This document shows, piece after piece, positions 7,533-17,280 of a DNA stretch of 64,000 bases. Source of the DNA: Candidatus Aminicenantes bacterium. GTDB taxonomy: Bacteria; Acidobacteriota; Aminicenantia; S016-38. The notes beneath the pieces were generated by a model that was not told the DNA's origin, did not search any database, and worked only from the letters and a program-made list of their open reading frames with translations. A program made the position numbers and the translations under genes. How positions within the stretch are numbered: the first letter of the stretch is position 1; the number at the start of each line of letters is the position of its first letter. The DNA is taken from positions 16,451-80,450 of the forward strand of contig JALSNJ010000040.1 in the NCBI GenBank assembly GCA_026987025.1, read 5' to 3'.

Positions 7533-9177
7533 CCAGTTCCTCCAGGCTAATAATGGTATAGCTATATCCCTGTTCGGTCAAGAAAATCTGCCTTTTGGCT
7601 GAGTACTCCTCGTCCAAGGTTTCGGCGCTTACTATGGCGTAAAAATAGGCTTCCTTCCCCTCCTTGGGCCTGAGAATTCTTCCGAGCCTCTGGGCCTCTT
7701 CCTGGCGGGAACCGAAGGTCCCGGAAATTTCTATGGCCACATTGGCAGAGGGAAGGTTTATGGCGAAATTGGCCACCTTGGATACCACCAGAAGGTTCAG
7801 TTTACCCTGGCGGAAGCTTTCATAGAGCCTTTCCCTCTCAGAATTGGGGGTGGTCCCTGTTATAAGCGGAGCCTTTAGCTTTTCAGCGGCTTCCTTCAGC
7901 TGATTTATGAATTGACCTATGATAAGAACCTGATCGTTTCTGTGCATTCTCAGAATTTTTGCCAGAGCCTCCATTTTCATGGGGTTGGTGGAGGCCAGGG
8001 TGAACTTCTTTCTTCTGGAGGCCTTCAGATACTTAATTTTTAGCTCTAAGGGCATGGGGACCCTTACCTCAAAGCACCTGGCCTTGGCTATCCATCCCAT
8101 TTCCTCAAAGCTTTTCCACGGAACATCGTATTTTTTGGGACCCACTAAGGCGAAAATCTCATCCTCCTTTCCGTCTTCCCTCACTAAGGTGGCGCTGAGT
8201 CCTAAGCGGCGTTTGGCCTGAATGTCCGCCGTGATTTTGAAAACAGGGGCCGGAAGCAGGTGGACCTCGTCGTAGATTACCAGCCCCCAATTTCTGCTGG
8301 AGAATAGGTCCAGGTGGGAAAATTCCTCCCCCTTTTTCCTTCTGTGGACCAAAATATTGTAGGTGGCCACCGTTATGGGCCGGATTTCCTTCCTCTCCCC
8401 GCTGTATTCCCCGATGTCTTCCTCCGGTATATTGGTCCAGCGAAGGAGCTCATCCTTCCACTGTCGGGCAGCCACAGTAGAGGTCACCACCACTAAGGTT
8501 TGCGTCTGAAGCCTTTCCATAACCCCAATGCCCACCACGGTTTTTCCAGCTCCACAGGGAAGAACCACTATGCCGCTTCCTCCCTTCTCGCTTCCCCCGG
8601 CGTAGAAGGCCTCCACCGCCTCCAACTGATAGGGACGGAGCTTCAGGGTTTCCTTGAGGGTAAAATGGTAAGGTTCCCCCGGGGAGTAACCCGCCCAGTC
8701 CTCCACGGGATAGCCCATTTTGACCAGGAAGAGTTTGAGATGACCCCGGGCATATTTTTTTATTACGAGTTCCTTTTCGCTTAAGACTTCCTGGATGAAT
8801 CCCCGGGCCCTTCTGTCGGAGAATATCAGGAAGGAAATGGAAGGGTCCTCCAGGATGAGATGGAGCCTGCCTTCCTTCATCATCAGCTTCGCCTTTCCGT
8901 ACCTTTCCATGTAGGTCCGCACCTTTTTTACTATGCTCTGGGGAAGTTCATAGGGGGAGTTCTCCTCCAGGAATTTGAGAACGCTCCGGGAGGAAATTCC
9001 CATGGCCGCTGCGTTCCAGAGGGAGATGGGGGTGATTCTGTAAGTGTGGACATACTCAGGGGACTTAACCAGTTCCGCAAAAAGGGAAAGCTCTGTTCTT
9101 ATTTCCCTGAACTTCGGCGAATCCACGAAAAGGAGAACTGTTCCGTCAGTTTGAACTATAAGAGGTTTTTCCCTCAA
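7501..9177 (-). CDS. XPB/Rad25 (Ssl2)-like SF2 DNA helicase
   Basis: XPB N-terminal domain (PLIVQTDGTVLL, ELVKSPEYVHTYRITPISLWNA), LRPYQ, LPCGAGKT, DEVH, SATLVRED (RED motif), QRLGRILR. Confidence 0.93.
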   Translation of the reverse strand: MREKPLIVQTDGTVLLFVDSPKFREIRTELSLFAELVKSPEYVHTYRITPISLWNAAAMGISSRSVLKFLEENSPYELPQSIVKKVRTYMERYGKAKLMMKEGRLHLILEDPSISFLIFSDRRARGFIQEVLSEKELVIKKYARGHLKLFLVKMGYPVEDWAGYSPGEPYHFTLKETLKLRPYQLEAVEAFYAGGSEKGGSGIVVLPCGAGKTVVGIGVMERLQTQTLVVVTSTVAARQWKDELLRWTNIPEEDIGEYSGERKEIRPITVATYNILVHRRKKGEEFSHLDLFSSRNWGLVIYDEVHLLPAPVFKITADIQAKRRLGLSATLVREDGKEDEIFALVGPKKYDVPWKSFEEMGWIAKARCFEVRVPMPLELKIKYLKASRRKKFTLASTNPMKMEALAKILRMHRNDQVLIIGQFINQLKEAAEKLKAPLITGTTPNSERERLYESFRQGKLNLLVVSKVANFAINLPSANVAIEISGTFGSRQEEAQRLGRILRPKEGKEAYFYAIVSAETLDEEYSAKRQIFLTEQGYSYTIISLEELDEKGSLSGVL

Positions 9178-9973
9178 GTTTTCTCCTTAAAAGCAAGGAC
9201 AAATTGGAAAAAAGCATGTACGGGGTAAAGGCTCCCACCCCTCCAGGCACCGGGGTCAAAAGCGCTTTTTTCCCTACCTCAGGGTCCACATCGCCCAGGA
9301 TTTTCCCCTCCACCACATTTATTCCCACATCCACCACCAGGGTCTTCTCCTTTACCATGGAGGGTTTTATAAGGTGAGGCCTACCTGCCGCCACCACCAG
9401 GAGGTCGGCCTGAGAGGTGATGGCCTCCAGAGGTCTGGTCCTGGAATGGGCGGTGGACACCGTGGCGTTTTCAGAAAGGAGGAGAAAAATCAGGGGCTTT
9501 CCCACGATAAGGCTCCTACCCACGATAACCGCCAGCTTTCCCTCCAGGGGAAAATTCAATATCTTTAAAATTTCCATGACAGCTAAGGCCGTGGCAGGTC
9601 TTGGCCCCTCTTCCCCCCTCATCAGCCTGCCGAGGTTGGCGGGGGTTACACCTTCCACATCCTTTTCAGGGCTTATAAAGGATGTATGCTTCAGGAAATT
9701 TTCTCTTCTGCAATGGACAATGATCCCATCCACAGAGGGGTCCTGGTTCAGACTCAGGAGTTGCCCCTCATCTCCTTCCATAAGCTCTACCTCCACTCCC
9801 AAGGATTCCCCCTTCTTCTTTATGCTTTTTCTGTAAACTTCCGAGGAAGGCTCTTCCTCCAGGGAAAAGGAAAGCAAAAAGGGGTCCCTTCCCAATCTTT
9901 CTTTAATATGAGAAAATTCCCTCCTGAGGTTTTCCTTTATTTCCTTCCTTCTTTTTTTTATAAGTTCCTTCAT
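9146..9973 (-). CDS. folD: Methylenetetrahydrofolate dehydrogenase (FolD family, divergent cyclohydrolase residues)
   Basis: KDVEG, GRSLIVGKP, HSRT, VDVGIN, GDVD, TPVPGGVG. Start placed at ATG 9973, 6 nt after TGnTATAAT, avoiding overlap with buk. Confidence 0.9.
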   Translation of the reverse strand: MKELIKKRRKEIKENLRREFSHIKERLGRDPFLLSFSLEEEPSSEVYRKSIKKKGESLGVEVELMEGDEGQLLSLNQDPSVDGIIVHCRRENFLKHTSFISPEKDVEGVTPANLGRLMRGEEGPRPATALAVMEILKILNFPLEGKLAVIVGRSLIVGKPLIFLLLSENATVSTAHSRTRPLEAITSQADLLVVAAGRPHLIKPSMVKEKTLVVDVGINVVEGKILGDVDPEVGKKALLTPVPGGVGAFTPYMLFSNLSLLLRRKLEGKTSYSSN

Positions 9974-10055
9974 CAGGATATTATACCAGCAGAGCTTTAC
10001 CTCCTTAAGGATGACCTTGTGGGGAAGTTTTGTTATTATTGGGTGGGAGGTGAAC

Positions 10056-11123
10056 ATGGGCGGATTAATTCTGGCTGTAAATCCAGGGGCCACATCCACG
10101 AAAATAGCGGTTTTTGACGGTGAAAAAGAGGTCCTCAAGAAAAACATAATCCATTCCTCCGAGGAGCTGGCAGAGTTTGAGAGGGTTTATGACCAGAAGG
10201 ATTTCAGGGCTTCTCTGGTTAAAGGGGCTTTAAAGGAGGCCGGTATATCCCCCTCGGAGCTGGCGGCGGTGGTGGGAAGGGGTGGCCTTCTCAAGCCCCT
10301 TCAGAGCGGGACATACCTGGTAAACCAGGCGATGCTCAGGGACCTGGAAAGGGCAGAAAGGGGAGAACACGCTTCTAATCTTGGAGCCATCATAGCCTAT
10401 GAAATAGCCAGAGAAGCCGGGGTGGACGCCTACATCGTAGACCCTGTAAGTGTGGACGAACTCCCCCCCATAGCCAAGATAACGGGCCTGGCCGAGATAG
10501 AAAAACCTGTCCTCTCCCACGCCCTAAACACCAAGGCTGTGGCCAAGAGATACGCCAAGGAAGTGGGGATTCCCTATGGACAGCTTCGCCTTGTGGTAAT
10601 TCACATGGGCTCAGGCAATTCCGTATCCGCCCACAAAGACGGGAGGATGGTGGATGTTACCAATTCCATGGAAGAGGGTTCCTTCGGGATGGATAGGGCA
10701 GGGGGGGTTCCCTGCGTGCAACTTTTAAAGCTGGCCTTCAGCGGGAAGTACGATTTCAAAACCCTCAGGAAAAAGCTTTTCGGAGAGGGCGGGGTGTATT
10801 CTTATTTAAGGACAAAGGATTTCAGGGAGGTGGAGAGCAGAATTCAGCGTGGGGACGAGGTAGCCCTGCAGATAGCCGAGGCCATGGTTTATCAAGTAGC
10901 CAAGGATGCCGGGGCCATGGCTGCGGTCCTCCACGGCCGGGTGGATGCCGTGCTGGTTACAGGGGGACTGGCCAGGAGCCAGTGGGTTCTCCAGAGGCTC
11001 CTTCCTAAGATAGAGTTTATAGCCCCGGTAAAGGTATATCCCGGAGAAGATGAGCTGAGGGCCTTAGCCGAAGGGGTTCTAAGAGTTCTTGAAGGGGAAG
11101 AGGAAGCCAGGGTCTATGCTTAA
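10056..11123 (+). CDS. buk: Butyrate kinase
   Basis: NPGATSTKIA, GRGGLLKP, HASNLGA, IVDPVSVDE, HALN, YPGEDE; ATG 10056 preceded by GGAGGTGA. Confidence 0.95.
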   Translation: MGGLILAVNPGATSTKIAVFDGEKEVLKKNIIHSSEELAEFERVYDQKDFRASLVKGALKEAGISPSELAAVVGRGGLLKPLQSGTYLVNQAMLRDLERAERGEHASNLGAIIAYEIAREAGVDAYIVDPVSVDELPPIAKITGLAEIEKPVLSHALNTKAVAKRYAKEVGIPYGQLRLVVIHMGSGNSVSAHKDGRMVDVTNSMEEGSFGMDRAGGVPCVQLLKLAFSGKYDFKTLRKKLFGEGGVYSYLRTKDFREVESRIQRGDEVALQIAEAMVYQVAKDAGAMAAVLHGRVDAVLVTGGLARSQWVLQRLLPKIEFIAPVKVYPGEDELRALAEGVLRVLEGEEEARVYA

Positions 11124-12352
11124 TCTAAGGCAGGCCTGAGGAAGAGAAGAAAGGTCCTGTAAAGTATGTGCAGGTCCATGTAGAAGTTTCGGTGTTTTAT
11201 GTAATAGAGGTCGTATTCCAGTTTTCTCAAATGTTGCTGGAAATCATCCCCGGCGTACCCAAAGTGAATTTGAGCCCATCCCGTAACCCCTGGCCTTACC
11301 CTTGTCCTTAAGGGGTAAAGAGGTAGCTTCCTTTCCAGGACCCGGCTAATTTCCGGCCTTTCCGGCCTTGGACCCACTAAGGACATATCTCCCTTTATTA
11401 CATTTAATAATTGCGGAACTTCATCCAGGTGAAGCTTCCTTATGATCTTTCCTATTCGGGTTATCCTGGGGTCGTCCTTCTTGGCGAAAACGGGCTTTCC
11501 TTCCGGCTCTGCGTTGGGAACCATGGTCCTGAACTTTATAAGTCTAAAGGGGCGGCCGTCCTTTCCGAGCCTCTCTTGCAAATAGAAGATGGGTCCCGGG
11601 CTTTCAATCTGGTGGATTAAGGCCAAAAGAAGGGCGGGGGGGAATAGAAGGAGAAGAGCTATAAGGGCTGCGGGGACTTCCAGGAGCCTTTTTATCCCCT
11701 CGTAGGAGTTTTTCTCAACAGCCAGCACCTCTTCAGCTACCCTTTTTTCCGGTTTGAGTTCTAAGGGAACGAGTTTCCCCAGATTTTCCACAAACTCTTC
11801 CAGAGAAAGGACGAGGACTCCCTCCCTGGCCAGAAGCTTGCTGAGGGTTTCCTTGTCCAAACTTCCATTTACCACCACCAGGTCGGAATGGGGAATTTCC
11901 CGGGCAGGTTTCAGTAGAAGGGGGTACTTCTTCTTTATTTCCTCCAGGGGCGTCTCAGCCTTCCAGAGTACCCTGGGAATTTTTGGAGTTTTCCTGGTAA
12001 GGGAATAGAGAAGAGAAAGGAGGAAAAAACTGGCATAGGTGAGCCTTCCCAGATTATGGGAGAAAAAAAGGAAGGACTCTGCAAGGTAAGCCCCGATGAG
12101 GGAAAGGGAAAGTTTTCCCATCCTGGACAGAGCAGAAAATTCCCTTTCCAGAAGGAAGGAGGGAGAATTGGAGGTGAAACCTTCCTGGGCTTCGCAAAGG
12201 ATCAGAAAGACCGCCGAGAGCACCAGAAGGTTGGGATAATATTCCAGAAGAAGGGCCCTCCACCTGCTGAGGGAACCGGCATAGGGAAAAAGGGAAAACG
12301 ATGCCAGCGAAAGGACCACGAGGGAATCCTTGAACCAGCGTTTAAACTTCAT
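11120..12352 (-). CDS. Undecaprenyl-phosphate sugar phosphotransferase (Bac_transf)
   Basis: N-terminal TMs; IKFRTM, DDPRITRIG, LDEVPQLLNVIKGDMSLVGPRPE, RPGVTGWAQ, DLYY. Confidence 0.9.
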   Translation of the reverse strand: MKFKRWFKDSLVVLSLASFSLFPYAGSLSRWRALLLEYYPNLLVLSAVFLILCEAQEGFTSNSPSFLLEREFSALSRMGKLSLSLIGAYLAESFLFFSHNLGRLTYASFFLLSLLYSLTRKTPKIPRVLWKAETPLEEIKKKYPLLLKPAREIPHSDLVVVNGSLDKETLSKLLAREGVLVLSLEEFVENLGKLVPLELKPEKRVAEEVLAVEKNSYEGIKRLLEVPAALIALLLLFPPALLLALIHQIESPGPIFYLQERLGKDGRPFRLIKFRTMVPNAEPEGKPVFAKKDDPRITRIGKIIRKLHLDEVPQLLNVIKGDMSLVGPRPERPEISRVLERKLPLYPLRTRVRPGVTGWAQIHFGYAGDDFQQHLRKLEYDLYYIKHRNFYMDLHILYRTFLLFLRPALD

Positions 12353-13352
12353 CTTTCAGGGCATTCCAGGCGAGGGTTAAGGCCAAGAAGAAAATGAAGG
12401 ATATGAAGAAGGAATAAAGGATAATCCTTAAACTTGCCCTATTGTAGGCCAGGGGAAGGTTTATTGAGAATATTCTTAACAAAAGACAGTCCCTTTCCAG
12501 TTCCCCCATGACCCTTGAGAGGGCATGGGAAGGAAAGAGGGCTTTAGACTTTTCCTCTGCTTCTTCACAGGAGGACATATTTTGAATTTCGCCGTAAAAT
12601 TCAGAATACCTGGAGAAGTAATCCACCTCCTTATTAAGAACGGCAAGGTCGGTTTCCAGCTCGTGGATGATGATGGAGGATGCCCGGGCCTGAAGGCTGG
12701 GGGAAAGATAGGCGAGAAAGTACGGCTCTACTGAGGTTGCCAGGTTGGGTCCCTCTTTGTTTCCGTATTTTCTTCCAACCCCTTCCAGGAAGATTATTTT
12801 CCCCTTTAGCTCCTGAATTTTCCTTTCTATCCTCGTTCTAAGATAGAGTAGATTCTGGATGTGCACCCTGGAATAATAGGATTTTATTTTAAGCAGGGAA
12901 AACAATTGATTCGTCAACCTTGAAGTCAGGGAATCGATAAAGACCCTTGACTCCTTCTCCGGACCATAAATCCTGAGAGTTTTTAAGTAAAGGGTAGGAG
13001 ATACAACCCTGGTGGGGAGAAACTTGTAATTGGCGGGAAGGGCATATTCTGCGGACACCCGCAGCCCGTGCTCAAAGCGGGAGAGAAGGCCCGATATATT
13101 TTCCTTCCTCAGGAGGGAGTTTTCCTCCAGAGTGTAGGAAACCGAATCCTTCTTCATGGGGTAGTACCGGGTGAAATAAAGGAAGGGGATGTTGTAGGAA
13201 ATTTCCCTTCCCTCCCTCAGCTCCGGGGGAATTTCAATGTAAATCCCGGGGGAGGCCTGGCTGTTGTGATAAAAAACCCAGAGGGCAGATGCAAGGCTGA
13301 CCAAGAAAGCCCCTATCAGGGGATAAACCAATATCAATATTCTCTTTTTCAC
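12342..13352 (-). CDS. Two-TM coiled-coil membrane protein, Wzz/polysaccharide co-polymerase-like
   Basis: TMs at both ends flanking a coiled-coil-like region; located between two sugar phosphotransferases. Family assignment is inference. Confidence 0.5.
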   Translation of the reverse strand: MKKRILILVYPLIGAFLVSLASALWVFYHNSQASPGIYIEIPPELREGREISYNIPFLYFTRYYPMKKDSVSYTLEENSLLRKENISGLLSRFEHGLRVSAEYALPANYKFLPTRVVSPTLYLKTLRIYGPEKESRVFIDSLTSRLTNQLFSLLKIKSYYSRVHIQNLLYLRTRIERKIQELKGKIIFLEGVGRKYGNKEGPNLATSVEPYFLAYLSPSLQARASSIIIHELETDLAVLNKEVDYFSRYSEFYGEIQNMSSCEEAEEKSKALFPSHALSRVMGELERDCLLLRIFSINLPLAYNRASLRIILYSFFISFIFFLALTLAWNALKDEV

Positions 13353-13389
13353 GGAACTATTTTAACTCTTTTGCCGGATTCGTTCCAGC

Positions 13390-14751
13390 TCAATAGGCAC
13401 CCTCCCTTTCCAGAACTGCCTTTGCGGTTTTTACAAGGATTACAAAATCCAGCCAGAGGGACCAATTTCTTACATAAAATTCGTCCAGGGCCAGCCTCAC
13501 TTCAAAGGGAAGGGTGTTTCTTCCCCTTATTTGCCATAGCCCTGTGATTCCGGGTTTTACCCTGAAGATGATTTTCCTGTAACCTCCCATATCTCCCCTC
13601 TCCTTGGGCAGATAGGGTCTTGGTCCCACCAAAGACATCTCCCCCTTTAAAACATTGAAAAGCTGGGGAAGTTCATCAAGGCTCCATTTCCTCAAGAAGC
13701 GTCCCACCCTGGTAACCCTGGGGTCGTTCTTGAGTTTTTTGTACTTTTCCCACTCCTCCCTTAGCTCAGGATTTTTTCTCAAAAGCCTCTGAAGCACCCT
13801 GTCTGCATCGGCCCTCATGCTGCGGAATTTGAAAATATAGAAGGGCCTTTCCCCCATTCCCAGCCTTCTTTGCCTGTAAATAATGGGACCCTTTGAGTCC
13901 AGCTTAATGGCTATGGCAATGGCAAGAAGCAGCGGGGAGAGGAAAAGCAAAAGCAGGGAGGAAAGAAGAAGGTCCATGGCCCTTTTTATAAGGAGGTTTT
14001 CCTTTTTGTAAAGCTTGTGGTAGGGGGAAAGGGTCATATATATCCCTATATTTTTCAACTTACCGTAGGCCAGGGAGATTTTATGCACTTCCGGTATTAT
14101 GTTTATGCTGGCCATTCCCTCCAGCCTCAGCACTAAGGACCGGAGGGTTGAGGGAGCAAAGCAGGAGGAAAGGATGAAAACTTCCCTTATACCGTCTTCC
14201 CGGATCTTTCTCTCTATCCTGTCAGTATCCTCATAGACCTTCTTAACCCTGTAGCCGGCGTACCATTCCCTTTGAAGCTCCATGGCCAGGTCCCGGGCTT
14301 CCTTTTCCCTGCCCACGATGGCCACAGGCCGGAGACCGATGCCCAGGGAAAATAAAATTTTCTTCAGAATAAACCTCAGGGCTGGAACGGCCACCGCAGT
14401 TAGAAACACGGTGGTGAGGAGCATAACCCGTGAAAGCATGAACTCCTTTTTTCCTATGTATGCAATGGAGAGGGTTAAAAATCCGGAGACTATGTCCGTG
14501 GTCCATATTCCCTTGAGTTCCTCCCAGAATCCCCTGTGCTCGTAAAGCTCCTCCTCCCATCCTACAGCTATCCACAAAAGGATAAAAATAAGCAACAGGG
14601 GTATGTATGTGGAGAGGGGTTCCAGATGAGCTATCCGGAGAGAATTGAAGAACTCCGGAATTATCCTCTCCCTTAAAAAGTAAGAGAAGAAAAACGAAAA
14701 GGAAATGGCCAGGGCATCCCCGGCTAAAAGTAACGCCCAGAAAAATCTCAT
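13390..14751 (-). CDS. WbaP/WcaJ-family undecaprenyl-phosphate hexose phosphotransferase
   Basis: 4 N-terminal TMs, central Rossmann-like domain, KFRSM, KLKNDPRVT, SLDELPQLFNVLKGEMSLVGPRP, YVRNWSLWLD. Confidence 0.92.
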   Translation of the reverse strand: MRFFWALLLAGDALAISFSFFFSYFLRERIIPEFFNSLRIAHLEPLSTYIPLLLIFILLWIAVGWEEELYEHRGFWEELKGIWTTDIVSGFLTLSIAYIGKKEFMLSRVMLLTTVFLTAVAVPALRFILKKILFSLGIGLRPVAIVGREKEARDLAMELQREWYAGYRVKKVYEDTDRIERKIREDGIREVFILSSCFAPSTLRSLVLRLEGMASINIIPEVHKISLAYGKLKNIGIYMTLSPYHKLYKKENLLIKRAMDLLLSSLLLLFLSPLLLAIAIAIKLDSKGPIIYRQRRLGMGERPFYIFKFRSMRADADRVLQRLLRKNPELREEWEKYKKLKNDPRVTRVGRFLRKWSLDELPQLFNVLKGEMSLVGPRPYLPKERGDMGGYRKIIFRVKPGITGLWQIRGRNTLPFEVRLALDEFYVRNWSLWLDFVILVKTAKAVLEREGAY

Positions 14752-14812
14752 CAGAGTATATTATAAGCGATTGTGGGAATATGTGTTAGAATTACCCCTT
14801 GAGGCTGCAAAA

Positions 14813-15481
14813 ATGGATGTAATAACGCTGAGGCTTTACGATACAGGGATTATAAAAAGGGTTGACGCCGCGGGGATTCCCTGCGAAGTGGGGGATTTTT
14901 GTGTTATAGAATCCCCCTACGGGGAGGAACTGGGGGAGGTCCTAAGGGAAAATTCCTCGGTGAAGAGGGCCTGGGAAAAGGTTAAGCTGGAAAGGGTTTT
15001 GAGAAAAGCCTCTGAGAAGGACATAAAGTTCTTTCATGAGAAACTGGAGAGGGAAAGGGAAGCATTCCAGTTTTGCCGAAGGAGGATAGAGGAGCGGGGA
15101 ATGCCCATGAAATTGTTGAGGGTAAAGTTCTTTACCAATGAAAGGAAAGTTATGTTCTTCTTTTCTGCCGAGGGAAGGATAGACTTCCGGGATTTGGTGA
15201 AGGACCTGGCCAAGAAATACCGCATGAGAATTGAGATGAGGCAGGTGGGAATAAGGGACGAGGCCAGGATGTTGGGCGGTGTTGGGGTCTGCGGCAGGTT
15301 TCTCTGCTGTATGTATGTGCTTAAGGAGTTCAAGCCCATTGGCTCAGGGCTCCTGAAGGAAATGGAGGTCAAGGTAAACCCCAATAAAATTTCCGGCCTT
15401 TGCGGCAGGCTCATGTGCTGTCTTTCATATGAGGTTGGGGTTCCCCTTAACCTTTCCGACATGGGGGAAGAGGAGGATTGA
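14813..15481 (+). CDS. PSP1-domain protein (RicT/YaaT family)
   Basis: FSAEGRIDFRDLVKDLA, RIEMRQVGIRDEA, GVCGRFLCC, SGLCGRLMCCLSYE; start placed at ATG 14813. Confidence 0.92.
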   Translation: MDVITLRLYDTGIIKRVDAAGIPCEVGDFCVIESPYGEELGEVLRENSSVKRAWEKVKLERVLRKASEKDIKFFHEKLEREREAFQFCRRRIEERGMPMKLLRVKFFTNERKVMFFFSAEGRIDFRDLVKDLAKKYRMRIEMRQVGIRDEARMLGGVGVCGRFLCCMYVLKEFKPIGSGLLKEMEVKVNPNKISGLCGRLMCCLSYEVGVPLNLSDMGEEED

Positions 15482-16473
15482 AAAGCATGAAGGGCTGGTT
15501 CAAATCCCTTCTATCCCTTTCGGTAGCCCTTTTGCTTCTATACATTTTCTTCCGGGGTACTGACCTTAAAGCTTTCTGGGGTTACCTCAAGAAGGCAAGG
15601 TTGGTTTATCTGCTCGGATTCGCCTTAGGGCTCGTGTTTTTTTACTGGCTCAGAGGTTTGAGGTGGAGGCTCCTTTACGATGGAGAAGGTGTACCCGGGA
15701 TAAGGGAATTTTTCATGGCCAATGTGGTGGGTTTTTCGGTGAACTACCTTCTCCCCGGGAGGCTGGGTGAAGTGGCCAGGGCAATTTACATTTCCAGAAA
15801 GAGCGAATTTCCATCCAGTTATTCGGTGGCCACGGTGGTGGTGGAGAGGTTTTTTGATTTCTTCTCCATCGGAGTTCTTCTGGTGTTTTACCTTATGAGC
15901 TTCCCGGTCAGGGCAGCCCGCTTGAAGGGGAATCTATCTGCCATAGTCTGGGTGAGTTTTCTGGCCACCCTTTTATTGGTTCTGGGGATTCTTTTCTTAA
16001 CCTTCCTGTGGAGAAGGGGAAAGCTCCATCGCCTTGAGGTTTTGCTGAGGGTCTTTCCCGCCCATCTCAGGGAAAAGCTTAAAAACAGCGGCCGCTCTTT
16101 CGTGCAGGGCCTCCACTTTTTTTCTTCTCCCCGCAGGGCCTTATATTTCACTTTGCTGGGGTTTTTAGTGTGGCTGGCGGTGGCCCTTCAGTACTGGCTG
16201 GGCCTTAAGGCCTTCGGTATTCACAGGCCCTTTTTTCAGATTATTCCCTTCATCGGAGTGCTTTTGGTGGGGGTTTCCATCCCTACCCCTGGTATGGCGG
16301 GAGGATTTGAGGTTGCTTCCAAGTTTTTTATCGTTGAGATATGGAGGTATTCCCCCAACAAGGCGGTGGCAGCCACCATTACCCTTCATGTTATACTTCT
16401 TTTGGTAACCCTTTCCTTAGGAGCTTTGGTGGGGTTGAAGGAGGGCCTTAAACTGAGAAGGCAGAGCCAATGA
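15478..16473 (+). CDS. UPF0104/lysylphosphatidylglycerol-synthase TM (flippase-like) protein
   Basis: Polytopic; [39 protein letters not shown]. Confidence 0.85.
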   Translation: MKSMKGWFKSLLSLSVALLLLYIFFRGTDLKAFWGYLKKARLVYLLGFALGLVFFYWLRGLRWRLLYDGEGVPGIREFFMANVVGFSVNYLLPGRLGEVARAIYISRKSEFPSSYSVATVVVERFFDFFSIGVLLVFYLMSFPVRAARLKGNLSAIVWVSFLATLLLVLGILFLTFLWRRGKLHRLEVLLRVFPAHLREKLKNSGRSFVQGLHFFSSPRRALYFTLLGFLVWLAVALQYWLGLKAFGIHRPFFQIIPFIGVLLVGVSIPTPGMAGGFEVASKFFIVEIWRYSPNKAVAATITLHVILLLVTLSLGALVGLKEGLKLRRQSQ

Positions 16474-16937
16474 GGTGTCCTTATTGCGGAGCCAATAAAG
16501 ACCGGGTGGTGGATAGCCGGGAGATAAAGAACGGAACCGAGGTGAGGAGAAGAAGGCAGTGCCTGGTTTGTGGAAGGAGATTCACCACCTATGAAAGAAT
16601 AGAGCTCATTCCGGTGATGGTTATCAAAAAGGACGGCAGCCGGCAGCCCTTTTCCAGGGATAAGATAATAAACGGACTTTTAAAGGCCTGTGAAAAAAGG
16701 CCTGTATCCGCCGAGGAGCTGGAGGCCATAGCCGATGAGCTGGAGACCCTGGCCCAGTCTAAGGGGGAGATTTCCTCCAAGGAGATAGGCGAGGTCATTA
16801 TGGAAAGGCTTAAGTCCCTGGACCAGGTGGCCTATGTGAGATTTGCTTCCGTTTACAAGGAGTTCAGGGACCTGGAAGAATTTTACAGGGAGCTGGAAGT
16901 TCTCAAGGGAGGGAGTTCAAATGAAGGAGAGGATTAA
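16470..16937 (+). CDS. nrdR: Transcriptional repressor NrdR
   Basis: MRCPYC...VVDSR...[20 protein letters not shown] cone, [13 protein letters not shown]. Confidence 0.98.
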   Translation: MRCPYCGANKDRVVDSREIKNGTEVRRRRQCLVCGRRFTTYERIELIPVMVIKKDGSRQPFSRDKIINGLLKACEKRPVSAEELEAIADELETLAQSKGEISSKEIGEVIMERLKSLDQVAYVRFASVYKEFRDLEEFYRELEVLKGGSSNEGED

Positions 16938-17280
16938 GGACCATGTTCAGGCATGGGGCAGCTGGACCCCCCCGGTGGATATCAGGGTGGGGCCGGAAAG
17001 GATCAGAATTTTCGTGGAAGTCCCCGGAGTGGATGCCTCTTCCCTGGAGGTCAGGGTTGAGGGGGATAACCTCATAGTGGAAGGAAGGAAGATGCCCCCG
17101 GCGGTGAAGCGAGTTCTTCACACCGAGAGGGAATATGGGGATTTCTTCTTGGTGATAAAATTAAGCGAGGATGTCATTCCATCCTCGGCCAGGGCCAGTT
17201 TGAAAGCCGGGGTTTTGGAGGTGGAGATTTCCAGAATCAACCGAAGAATAAAAATCCAGGTGGAGGAAGAAAATGAGTGA
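16921..17280 (+). CDS. Hsp20/alpha-crystallin family protein
   Basis: [27 protein letters not shown]; SD GGGAG before ATG 16921; directly upstream of lon. Confidence 0.9.
   Translation: MKERIKDHVQAWGSWTPPVDIRVGPERIRIFVEVPGVDASSLEVRVEGDNLIVEGRKMPPAVKRVLHTEREYGDFFLVIKLSEDVIPSSARASLKAGVLEVEISRINRRIKIQVEEENE

Noticed and set aside
9974-10147. Apparent head-to-head overlap of folD and buk in the ORF track
   Set aside because: Over-extended starts; promoter and SD evidence favour 9973 and 10056.
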